This document shows positions 48,497 to 59,600 of a stretch of DNA of 64,000 nt, piece after piece. Numbering within the stretch: the stretch's first letter is position 1; every line of letters begins with the position of its first letter. The position numbers and the translations under genes are program-made. The DNA lies in contig CAJINV010000009.1 in NCBI GenBank assembly GCA_905178155.1, forward strand, positions 62,001 to 126,000, written 5' to 3'. The notes below the pieces were generated by a model. The model made no database searches. It saw only the letters and a program-made list of their open reading frames with translations, and was not told the origin of the DNA. Source of the stretch: Amoebophrya sp. A120 (lineage: Eukaryota > Protista > Dinoflagellata).

Positions 48497-51390
48497 ATGT
48501 CGGGGTGGGGCAATGGCGACCCGGAGAAGGTCAAGGAGCACATGCAGAAGCTGCGGGAGCAGTACAAGAACCGGTTTTCCCTTTCTGCGCTGCGTCTCCA
48601 ATCCGGTGGGATCACCAAGGGGGATGAGGAGATCCGGAAGCAAAAGATGCTGGAGTACAACACCGGGCGGCTTCGGCACCTGGAACGGCCCTACTGGCCG
48701 CCCCCCGGCGGCATATCCAAGAAAAAAACTGTGTTAGTGTAGGTGTCTTGGGGCGACGGCATGACAAATCTGCTCTGCATGACAGACAAAGCCTGTCATG
48801 CGCAGCTAGTAAGTGAAAACACAAATGAAATAGGACTTCATGGTTGGCTAGCATGACAAGTATGACAGTGTTGCATGCTTTGCATCACAGACTTACACTT
48901 ACACAGTTTTTTTCTTGCATACGGCAAGGACGACTACTCCGTGGCGCCGTACGCCCAGGTGATGAAGCACGACGAGTTTTTCGCCGCGCACGAGAAGGAG
49001 CAGGGGCGGAGCTACCTGCGGGATCTGTTTCCCCAGCGCCGACACGCGGGCGACGAGTTTGACGACACGGAAAAGCCACCGGAGGAGACGGCGGCGGACA
49101 TTGCGAAGAAACGGAAGAAATACGACTTCAGCAAGATCGACGCCTACATGACCGAGCAGAAATCCATGCTGTCCTTCGACGCCCTGAAGCAGTTCATGTC
49201 GCACGAACTGCACGAGGGCGACCGAATCGAGGCGGTAAAGGAAATCGTCTACCCGAACGAGGGACTGGTGATCCCCGTGGGGAGGCGAGGCTTGGTGCGG
49301 AAGGTACAATGAGATTTGGTAGCGAAAGGTACTACGATGGGATTTCGGACGAAGTTCTTGTTTATGCGTTTTCTTTTATCGCTGGGAAGACAGTAGATTC
49401 TTGTTGAATTTTCATGCGTTTGCGTCGGCGCCATTTTTGCATCAAAAATTGTTTTTCAAAAACACAGGTTGCTCTAGATCACCGTGAGGAGTTCGCCGCA
49501 GTGGAATGGGACTACACGAAAGGGCTTCGCGCAGTCGATACACGGGCGAAGTACTACATGAAGCAGCCCATGGAGGTTGTGTTCGGCTGCGCCGATGCGC
49601 CGTCCACTATCCAGTGGCCGACGTTCGAGTGTATGTCGGAATTCGCAGACGTCAACTGTACCTGGCAGTACCGGCCCAAGGGCGAAGTGCAGTCCGCCGG
49701 CATCCAGCATCCCGAGTCGGAATCGTTGCGACTCCGCCAGGGCTACAAGGCGAATTGTTTCGCGCTAGAATCGTCCATCTGCCCCAAAATGATGCTCGCG
49801 TTGGTGCCCACTGGAAAGTCCGGAGCGGGCGGGGTCAAGGATCCAAGAAGGCTCAGGCTAGTGGACTACACAGAAAAAAAAGAGCTGGTGGATAAGGTAA
49901 GGAAGTTCAATATGTTTGCATTTTCGACGACGCAGTCTAGACGCTCCAAAAGAAAAAGTAGATTTTATTATTTTGTTGTCGCTTTTCGCTTGAGCTTGAA
50001 AAGTGGCCTTGCTTGATTGTTTCCGCTTCCATCGTGCAAAAATCGTACAATCAGTTCTGCTGCTTCAAGCCGAAGCGCGTCGGGGAGAAGATCCTTCGCC
50101 TGGAGTCCACCGCCGAACGGAACATTTTCTTGATGTTGAAACTACCGGCAGACCCGCGGGTGTGCGCACCCTTTGTCCACGTCCACACCTACTCCATGAA
50201 CGAAATCTTCATGAAGAATTCGCAGTTTTGCATCTGCTTGACGCAGAAAGTAATACCGAAGTACGCGAAGTCTGAGTTCGACGTGGTCCACATGAATCCG
50301 GCGTTTGTCATGCAGGAGCAGCAAGCGCTACAGGGCTTCAAGAACGAAAGGGTAAGTATCATACATTCAAATCGGCCGTTCTTCTCGTTTCAGTTTTCCC
50401 TGCTGGTACTACTTAAGTAGCTTTCCCACGATTCGTGACGGTTTGTGCCAATTATCGAACCAAAGCTTTATCAAAGAGACCTGCAGCAACGACGAGCACA
50501 TCATGGTTATCCTAAAACCACAGGTAACCTTCGTCGAAGCGCATTCCGTCGGCGAATCTGCGCTCGGAGTTCGATGGGTTCCTAACGTCGGTAAATGTCG
50601 ACTTTGGATGCAGTTCCGCAACGGAAAGGATACAAGTTTGAACTCCCAGTGGGTGTTAGCATCCGCGGAGGCCGGTGGGTCTGCGCTGCCATGCTCGACG
50701 ATTCTAGACACGAGGATATGCAACGGTATTCCAAGTATTTTTCCGGAAGTTTATTGAAGATGTAGATGACGTCGCGATGTAAAAAAAAATAAAAAATGTG
50801 AATCAAAATGAATCGTTGAAGTTTGTAGTCTTTGTCGCAGATGACACGAGCATTCTGAGTTTCAGTGTAGCTACTGATCTACAATTCGTTGATTCACCTT
50901 CCGCTCCCCTACAGGTTACGAGCAGAATTTCGACCAAGTTCGCGTGACCGTCGCCCCGCTCGCCCGCATGCACCGGTTCAAAGACATCTTACAGAACAAC
51001 TTCTACAAGGCTAACGCCTCGGCTTCCGATTGGACGAATCTGCCGGATTCGGCTGTGTGGACCCGACCGATCGAGAACAAGCGCAAGAACTACTGGGAGT
51101 CGTCGGACGAGGAGGACGAAGAGGAGGCGGCGAACGCACCCGCGATAGCAGATCGAAGTGGCAGTATGGAGAATTTACCACCATTACAAGACCTGCTGCA
51201 GCCCAGCGTGATGTCGACTACGCAGATGAGCCAGGTAGACAGTTTAGGACAGCCAAATAGTCTGGAGTTCGCGTCCAGTCCGCTTGGACCGTTACCGAGC
51301 GGGAACTCCGGTGCCGCGGTCATGGCGGATATACCAATCACTGTGACGAACCAGGCCGGAACAACGACGACCACGGGCGGAAACGGATGA
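48497..51390 (+). CDS. Hypothetical protein, ~6 exons, possible beta-trefoil-like repeats
   Basis: The introner junction (YWPPPGG|KDDYSVAPY) plus GT-AG introns at ~49304-49468, ~49897-50054, ~50352-50523 and ~50726-50914 give one frame. Confidence 0.68.
48714..48921. mobile_element. Introner element, TIR family E
   Basis: Left end TATCCAAGAAAAAAACTGTGTTAGTGTA versus reverse complement of right end TATGCAAGAAAAAAACTGTGTAAGTGTA. Direct repeat CGGCA at 48709-48713 and 48922-48926. Excision is in frame. Confidence 0.92.
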
Positions 51391-52147
51391 AAGATTACAA
51401 AAGTTTCATTGTACAAAGGGAACAAAAATGAAATAGAAAAACTGAGGAACAGAACTACACTCTTGTACAATTTTTTTGTGTTGGTGAAGTCAGTGTGCTG
51501 TGTGCGCAGCAGCTTGTTGTATGATATTTCAAAAAAGGGCATTTTGAACTTTAACCGGAGTGCGCTGCGGTTTGTTTTTGGATGTGGTGTGTCACGTTTT
51601 AGTTATTTGGTTGATCGTAAGAAAATTAGGCGCCGTCGTCCGTGTGGTCTCTCGTGCTTCTGTGCGTATCTTCATCGTTCTTTCGTAGATTCGTTCTCAT
51701 CTTTGCGGTCGGCAACAGCTTCAGCGTTCTGCTCTAGTTTCGTCGCCGATGAAGCTGCCGTCGTTCTGGTTTGGTTCTGTCGATTACAAAAACACGATAG
51801 AAGAAACCATATTACTCGTCTGTAAATTCGTACTCGTGTCATACGAAGTAAATGATTGATTCTTCTATCTGACCTCTTGCCCCAAATTTCGCAAATCCAA
51901 ATGCGTATCAGATGACGTTGGCTCCTCGAAATCCACCCTCTTATACCTCTGTGGAATTTTACGGAAGTCGTAGAACGGTCGTGTTAGCTCTCGACCATCT
52001 CCGCAACTGAAAGCATGATGTTTTGTTTGGTGAAATTTACAACTCCCACGGGCTGGGCAACGCGCTCTTTCGTATGAAGGAGCAAGCCTAGGTAAAATAA
52101 CAGCAAAATTACTTCTCTCTGTCGTTGACGGATACCCCTCGATAGAG

Positions 52148-54760
52148 ATGGCTTCGCACAGGGCGTTCGTCCTGCTCTGGACTTCCGCGGCCGTGAACCA
52201 GAATTCTTTGGCTCTGGGTTTGAAGTTATCACCAGTCGCGCCGCGTCCGGAGCACATAAGCACGCGCCAAAATAAGACGACGAGCTCGGGGGCAGGGATC
52301 CTTGCTAGGAAAAAGGATAAAAGTAGCTTGCTGCAGTTCAATAAGAAAAAAGCTACAGATAAAAGAAGTGGCCGCAAAGAAGACCACCGAGAGCAAAAAT
52401 CGCAATCCTCCACGACCCACAGACAGACACCCTGGAGGCCGCAGATTGACGTAACGCCAGGCATCGATGACAAGATTTGGACCTTGACCAACCCAAACAC
52501 CGCGTACGACGATGACTTCTGTCTGACCGCCGAGGATTTCGACGGCGAGGGCGTAAACTGCGGTAATGTCGTGACGTGGGCGGACAATGCGCGGTCCTGG
52601 AACGGAGCGTATTTCGGCGCGGAGGCCGAGGTTCGGGGCCTTCCGCTCGAGTTTTGCCGCACCAGAATGACGTTTGACATGACGAAAAACGGCGGCGCCA
52701 CGCTCGAGTTCTATCTGGACACGTCGAAAACCCAGCCGGACGTGAACGTACACGCCTACCTCGTCGCGCCGAACACGGACAAATTCGCCGGCTGGGACAA
52801 GGAGAACCGCACCAGAGTGCCCGACTGCACGCAGCTCCCGAAGACGCACCCCGACCTGTGCACCAAGCTGGATCTGATCGAGAACAATGCGAATCGGTAC
52901 TTCGACTTTGGCGAGCTGTACATCTCGGACCACAAAGAGAAGGCTGGTGATGCGAACGAGGGCAAGCTGTGGACGAAGGCCGCGTGGTCGATCAGGGAAA
53001 ACAAATGGCAGCGGAAAAACGTGAAGTTCAGCATGCAAAGCCCGGTCGATTGCGAATGGAACTGCGCTGGCACGTACTGGATTAGCGTCACCGCGAGGGA
53101 CAGGGACGACCAGAGCGGGCACTATCCGCAGGCGGTGGTGGGGTGGTGCGGGAAGGATCCTGCCGATTTTCCGGACGTGTGCCCCTTGGAGCTGCAGGCG
53201 CGGACGGAGCCCCGAACACCAGCGCATGAGGGTTGGTACGCACATGTGTACGGCCCCTGGCTGCAAAGAGAGAACGCAGTCAACGGCCTGCAGCTGTACT
53301 TCAAGGTCTCCGACACGTTCGTGCCCGCGGCCGAGGGGGGCTACCGGCCGGAGCCGGACAACCGACACCGGATTGGCCACTCCATCACGAAAATCGGGCC
53401 CATCCGGATCTCCGGCAATGCGGTGGTCAAGAAAGGTCCGACGCCGAAGCGGTGCCGGCAGCTGCGCCCTGGTGGCGGACAAGCGCAATCCGACGCCTCG
53501 CCCGTGGCCACTACAACAGCAATTTCAGATTCTAACCGGGAGCCGCTCCGTAGACCGACGCCGAAGCCGATCCTGGCGACAAAGCCTCCCCCACCGCCCT
53601 CGACAGCAGATGTACAGCTGGTAGCATCTTCTGGGGTGGTGCGGAGCACGACGACAGCCATTTCTTCGATTTCAACCGCAATGACACCCACTCCGACCGG
53701 ATCCGATGGTACTACAAACGATGTGCCACCGTCCTCACGCGGGGCCGGGAGCGCTGTGAATTCTCCGAATTCTCCACCAAATGGGATGGTATCTTCCTCT
53801 AGAACTTCTACGAGCAACGTGTATGGCACGGGATGGGCGGTGCGACGCCCGGATAGTACGGCGGCGACCGAGCAGGCGGCCGCGCTGCCGATCTGGCTGC
53901 TGTTCCTCGTCGCCGCGCTGGCGGGCGCGAGTGTGGTGGCCGGGGTGTTTTTGTACCTCTACTGGGAAAGTTGTGCTTGTCCGTGTTGCGATGCCGGAGA
54001 AGGTAGGCGGGACGCACGGGTAGTCCCGACGGGCGAGTACCTCCTGTCCAGCTCGCACCGCGCCGCGTCGAAGGCACCGTCACAGGGACTGAACACAACT
54101 GTCGACAGCGTCAACATGTCCTACCACCTGTCGGCGGTACCAAAATTGCCCACAGTCGCAGTGGCCAAGGCCGCGAACGAACAAGTGACGACCTACCAGC
54201 TGTCCCAGACCCGGGAAACGGCCCATCCGGAGAACGCTGTCGTGCCTCCGGCCGCAGGGCGTACATCCGCGCTCTCATCGGGCGTGGTACCTTACACATT
54301 GCCAGCACCCGGAGGAGCGCTAGCTGGTAGCAGCGGCAAGGCCATCAAACAAAGCGTAGTGGTAGCGGAAAAGCAAGAGGGAGCAAAAGCGAAGCCCGAG
54401 GTACTAGAGGAGCCCAGCAGTGGCAGTGGATCTTCGTCGTCGTCGAACAAGCGCAACAAGACGAATAAGAAGATGATCAAAAGGAAGAACGAAGAGCGCA
54501 AGGCGGCACTTGCCGCGAAGGCGGCGGCGCCGCAGCTCATGAGTAATCTTCTCGGCGATCTGCGAAGTGCAGCCGCGGGGATCGATTCCCGCACTACTGC
54601 GCACCCCGACTCCCGCGCCACTGCGCAGCCCGATTCCCGAACGACCGCGCAGCCTGATTCCCGAATGACCACGCAGCCCGATTCCCGAACGACCACGCAA
54701 CCAGAGTCCGAGTTTCCAGGTTTCTTGCATGGACCAGAAAGTAGTGAGGAGATGAGGTGA
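52148..54760 (+). CDS. Type I membrane protein with divergent GH7-like (beta-jelly-roll) ectodomain, S/T/P stalk, TM helix and tail
   Basis: 870-aa ORF. Motifs LEFYLDTS..DVNVHAYLVAP, CTKLDLIENN, GLQLYFKVSD and KIGPIRISG. TM LPIWLLFLVAALAGASVVAGVFLYLYW. Confidence 0.75.
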   Translation: MASHRAFVLLWTSAAVNQNSLALGLKLSPVAPRPEHISTRQNKTTSSGAGILARKKDKSSLLQFNKKKATDKRSGRKEDHREQKSQSSTTHRQTPWRPQIDVTPGIDDKIWTLTNPNTAYDDDFCLTAEDFDGEGVNCGNVVTWADNARSWNGAYFGAEAEVRGLPLEFCRTRMTFDMTKNGGATLEFYLDTSKTQPDVNVHAYLVAPNTDKFAGWDKENRTRVPDCTQLPKTHPDLCTKLDLIENNANRYFDFGELYISDHKEKAGDANEGKLWTKAAWSIRENKWQRKNVKFSMQSPVDCEWNCAGTYWISVTARDRDDQSGHYPQAVVGWCGKDPADFPDVCPLELQARTEPRTPAHEGWYAHVYGPWLQRENAVNGLQLYFKVSDTFVPAAEGGYRPEPDNRHRIGHSITKIGPIRISGNAVVKKGPTPKRCRQLRPGGGQAQSDASPVATTTAISDSNREPLRRPTPKPILATKPPPPPSTADVQLVASSGVVRSTTTAISSISTAMTPTPTGSDGTTNDVPPSSRGAGSAVNSPNSPPNGMVSSSRTSTSNVYGTGWAVRRPDSTAATEQAAALPIWLLFLVAALAGASVVAGVFLYLYWESCACPCCDAGEGRRDARVVPTGEYLLSSSHRAASKAPSQGLNTTVDSVNMSYHLSAVPKLPTVAVAKAANEQVTTYQLSQTRETAHPENAVVPPAAGRTSALSSGVVPYTLPAPGGALAGSSGKAIKQSVVVAEKQEGAKAKPEVLEEPSSGSGSSSSSNKRNKTNKKMIKRKNEERKAALAAKAAAPQLMSNLLGDLRSAAAGIDSRTTAHPDSRATAQPDSRTTAQPDSRMTTQPDSRTTTQPESEFPGFLHGPESSEEMR
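54584..54703 (+). repeat. Coding 24-bp tandem repeat x5 (DSRTTAQP)
   Basis: GATTCCCGAACGACCGCGCAGCCC-like units encode DSRTTAHP DSRATAQP DSRTTAQP DSRMTTQP DSRTTTQP. Confidence 0.9.
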
Positions 54761-55586
54761 TGGACATCATCGGACATTCATGTAGTCAACGTTCAGTTGG
54801 ACTGGCACATCCTAGTAATGGAGGCTAATGGGGTACCAGTTCTGCTTCTGTGTCTATACGCAAATCAGCTGTAGAAATGAACTGACCTTGTGCTGTTTCA
54901 TCTCCTTAGTAGATTCTGATCCACTCGCACTGAAACTGACAGCCGTGAAGAGAAGAAATCTGTTATTGCACTCTGATATGGCTCCTACTGCAACTAACAT
55001 TACGTGAGTTTACCGGCTGCCTTCTGCTAGCCTGCAATTTGCAGCTGTTTTCGATGCTTTGTCGGTCGTCCGTTATTTACGTCTCCTCTGCGGGCCTGCT
55101 TTAGATTTTCGTGATAAATTCGTCCACGGGAGTTACCCGCATTCGTTCCGTCTTTTTCCGTGCAGCTGCGACTGACACTAACGTTCGTTCGTTCCTTGTT
55201 TCGTTCTGTCTTGTGCTTGTCCATCTGAGGACAATGGACTAGCGGCACGAAGGTTTTTTCGTTTGTTTTTTTCGTCAGCAACTGAGCTGGGAAATCAAAT
55301 GCAAAACGTAAACGGGAGCAAAGTTTTTGATCGATAAAATCGCTTGTTTGATGGCATTGTCGCAGCAGGACTCCATGTGAAAACATTCAGAATTATCTTA
55401 CAAAAACCTAAACTAACTTTTACTCATTTTAACCCTCCCCGTTGGGATTGAGTCAGATCGAAGTAGTGTGATAGAAACAAAACCAGGTAAACTTTTGGAA
55501 GCGCTCGAGTGTGGTGTAATTTTCGGTAGGCAACGCGGGGTGTGGACGCAGCCGAATCAGATGACGAGCCCATCGTCGTTCATCGA

Positions 55587-56519
55587 TTAGGGGTGTGAAC
55601 AATCCAGCTTTGAAAATGCCCGCAAAAATCTTCCCTGCTCTTTTTCTAACTCGCAAAAACCTCCGTCCGCGTTGGTTCGAAAACTAGGCGGGCAATTTCC
55701 AAGACATGGACAACTGCACCAAAACCAGGCCAAACGCGGCAAACCTGGCACCAAGTGTCCTAATTCGCACGTTCGCGACGCGAGCGTGCGTTTTGCGCTG
55801 TTTGGTGAAAGAGTGCTTATTTGCTGACGTGTTTGGCCTCTTGTTGCGGCTCTCGTTAGGCAGCTCTGGTGTAGCGGTCGGCGCTGGGCTTGTCCCCACT
55901 TAGTGCGACTCAAATTGTCGCAAATGTATCCAAAGGCACCTCCAAACTCGTCTCGTTTTTTCTCTCGGAAAAGGCAGGCAAAAAATGAGACGCCAAACAC
56001 AGAGAAAAAACGAGAAAAAAAACAAGACAAAAAACGAAAGGAAAAACGAGAGCGCAGCATGCGGATTAAGGGCCACCAAATGAGACCCATTTTTAGCGCG
56101 CCACACCTAGAGAGAAAACGAGACCAATTTCTTGCGCAATTTCGAGCGCAGTTCTGTATAGAATTTGCGCACGAAGTTGCGCAGCAGCAGAGTTGGCAAC
56201 TAGGGCAGCAGCAAGGCGCCTGATTTGTTGCTGCGGTGAGGCAGTAAAGGAGCGCGGCAACTGGGCCACCAAAAAAAGGCCGCGAAAAGGGTGAGACAGC
56301 TCAAAGCGCTTATTTCGCGCGTTCGGGCCGCGCGCGCTCGATTTACGTTGTTTGCAGTTGGGCGCGTGGTCTTTTCGCGGATTATCTGCGGATGACGCGG
56401 ACCGTGGCGGGACTGCAAGAGATCGAAGTGCGAAGATAAGGGCCTGGCTTCTGCATGAAAATTGTGGGCAGGTCAGATTTTTACGGCTAAAAAGCCGGCT
56501 GGATTGTTTTCGCCTCTAA
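55587..56519. mobile_element. Putative intergenic non-autonomous TIR element (MITE-like)
   Basis: Left end TTAGGGGTGTGAACAATCCAGC versus reverse complement of right end TTAGAGGCGAAAACAATCCAGC (18/22). Flanked by ATCGA at 55582-55586 and 56520-56524. No transposase ORF. Confidence 0.55.
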
Positions 56520-56618
56520 ATCGATCAGACCTAGGGTTTTGATAGGGTGGATAAGGGAATAAACGCCAGCTTTTATTCAGTGTCGCAGCCCTAGCCCGCC
56601 GACTCGGGAAGAGCAATC

Positions 56619-59600
56619 ATGTCGGCGTCATTATGGCAAGTGCTGGGTCGGTCAATGCTGTGCTTGCACGGCCTCTCCGACTGGACAGCGTGGTCTAGTG
56701 GGACGGTAAGAGCCGTTCAGGAAACACGACAGACGAGCAAGAGTCGCTTTTTACGTGCGACTAAGGAGCAAAGTGTACTAAAGGGAATAGGAGCAGACAC
56801 GGAAGCCGCGGTTGGTGCTGTCGAGGGTAAGAAAGCTACCAGAAAAAGCGGGATAGCGAAATCTTCGTCCTCTCCACCACGCAAGGCACCACGGCAAGTT
56901 CGTTCGTCGCTACGAGGTCGAAAACGCTCAACCGCGTTGGAAGGATCTTCATATGACGTTCAGGAGGCCGCCTCTGCATTCTCGTCTCTGTCGGAGTCGT
57001 CAATCATAGCAGGGATCGAGGATACTAGCCGCGGTGACGAAAGTTCGGTTGTAACAACGGCGAGAGACCAAGCTTTGCTGGAGAGGACAGCACTGCGGAA
57101 AGCAGGGCTGCAGCAGGAACAGCAGCAGCGATCCAAAATAGAACTGAGGAAGAGGTTTTTGGAATCTGCGCAAGACGTCGAGCAGCTAGAGATCATAGAC
57201 GTGGACGACGAGACTTTCGACGACGACGCTCTTGCGGAGCATATGTGGACGCTCTATCGGAAGCAGTGGGAAGAGCTCGGCGGGGGACCAGTGGGCGGGC
57301 CGGGAGGGATTCATTACTGGCCAAAGGTTGTGTTGGACGACTACTGCCTGACGCTGGATGATTTCGACTTTGCAAACGCACCGGAAGCCTGCAGTGGGCT
57401 CTCCAGTGCGCCCACTCCGTTTGGCGACTTTCTGACGGTTGAGCCGGACAAAACCGTAGAATCTTGCCGAACCAGGGCGGCGTTCGACTTTCGCATGCCG
57501 GTCGCGGAGCTGCAAAACGAGTTCGCGCACGCCTTGACGCTCGACCTGGCGACCATCAACGAGGATGATGCGCAGGATGCGACGGACACTACCGCCGGCG
57601 CCACGTCCACCGCTCACGCGTATTTGGTCGGCGCGCCGGCAACGGATGAGGAGTCCGGTCTAACGGACAGCGCCAGCTTCGCTGATGATGCGCTAGCTTC
57701 CGCCCGCCCCAGGGGAGACTGCAGCGCGCCGGCGGTCGACACTGTGACCGGTTTGACGAAAAGCGGACGCTGTCACCGGATCGACCTGATCGAATACAAC
57801 CTGCAACAGAACAACTACAACATGGGCCGCGCCTTCCGCGGCGGAACCGAGTTCGGGCCGCGGCTGCCCGCGGGGTATGATAGTATCGGACGCAGTGCTG
57901 AGCTTTCCAGTTTTGGATTGATGCAGCCCTGGGACGTTGAGCAGGGAACTGTTCTTGCAGAGAACGGCCTTCTTCAGCCTGGGCTGCAGGAGACCCATTG
58001 GCCTTCGGTCGACACGAACGTTGAGGGCGAAAGTTCCTCCGCTTTTCCGCCGCCACTTGCAGACGGGGCAGTCTTCAATCTGAATCCTGCGCAAGAATCG
58101 AAAGCCGTGCCGCTCACAACGGAGTCGCGGACGGTATTTTGGTTCCACCAGTACACAGGCGGGTTCAGTTTGGTGCGGGACGAGCGCGTCTCGGCGGAGG
58201 AAAGCATCAACATTCAGTGCGTGCCACCACCTGTTGGCGCGCCAAACGAGTGTCTCAGGTACGAGTACTTCCCGCCGTCGGGACCCAGTTTTCCCCTCCG
58301 ACTGGTGCAACACCTAGGCTACTGGTCCGAAAAGAGCAGCGCAAGCCGCACCTACACAAAATGCAGGCTAGCGCACCAGGCTTGTCTCGACGCGCGCTTG
58401 ATAGACCGCAAGTTTCTGTGGGAGGAGGCGGAAAGCTACGCCAGGCGGATCGGCTACGCGGATTTGGTGGCTGAGGAACCTATTTGGCCCTGGAGCCAGC
58501 TGCTGGCTTCCGTAGTCGTCGAAAGCGCGGGTAGTAGTGACGAGGAAGCGACGAAAGCAAGAGCAGCCTGGGATCGGTTGCTCGATGCCTACTGTACCGC
58601 TGGGGTCGAAAAGCCGTGTCGGTCAGCCGGACAGCGTGTGCTCGATGAGTACCCGGAGAGGTATGGCACCCCTTTCTTGGAGACCAGCCGGCAGAAGGGC
58701 TTCCACCTGCACCTCAGTGTGCACGATGATTTTGCGCCGGTGCCCAGCACGATGGCAGCAATGGCGTACGAGGACACGATAACTGGCGCGTCCGACGAAG
58801 AAGGTGATTCCGGGACGAGCGACAATGTTGTCACGGCGCCGCAGGTGTTGCAACGGCAGGGGAATGACATCGAGATGCACAACCCGGAGTACTGGCCGCA
58901 AAGCGTGCGCATGGTGGACAGAGAGTCGGATCTTTTCAAGAATAGCCCTTACCCGACGCCCGGAACGAGTTCTACTTCGGATGGACCTTCCGGCGGGGTT
59001 CTGGTAAGCAACAACGTGTTTAGCCTTGCGGAGTACGATCCCACATTGGAGGAGGCCTGGCGGACGAAGACGTGGCCGATCTGGGCGCGGGACTACAAAA
59101 ATTACGTGCCGAACCCGCGCACCGCGGCGGGGCTCGAATCCGCTGGACAACGTACGGCAGGGCGCAGAACCACCGTGAGATTCGGGCCGATTCGCATCTC
59201 CAAGCACGTACACGTGTTCGGGGATAGTACAAGGCCCAAAACCTGCCGGCAAGTGTACAAAGATTTTCTCAGACTGCAGCAAAATCATCTCCTCAACGAA
59301 CCAAGCGCATCGACGACAACGTCCATCACAAGTAGTACAACAACCACGTCGACGACGCCGCTACAGGAAATGGAAACTGCAGCACCTGGTGGTGGGGACA
59401 ATATTGTTGATGTGAGCGATGACGTTCCAACAGTGCCTGGTAGTAGTAACAACGGCACAACTTCTGACGAGGAACCCAGTACTACTGGTCCTGGGGAAGC
59501 GGCCACGACATCGGCGGGCAGTACCAGCAGTACGACCAGTACCACAAGTACTAGCACTAGAAGCAGCAGCACAACGGGGTATCCTGTTCCTCCAACGAGC

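Noticed and set aside
42813-53488. Long minus-strand ORFs (e.g. 42813..44021, 52229..53488; also 30365..31387, 11160..11903)
   Set aside because: These are antisense shadows of GC3-rich + strand genes, with no motifs and unnatural composition.
55903-56223. 106-aa K/R-rich ORF inside the intergenic element
   Set aside because: It arises from A-rich low-complexity sequence and shows no coding signature.
56530-56560. CTAGGGTTTTGATAGGGTGGATAAGGG as telomeric repeat
   Set aside because: Too short and degenerate compared with (TTTAGGG)n.
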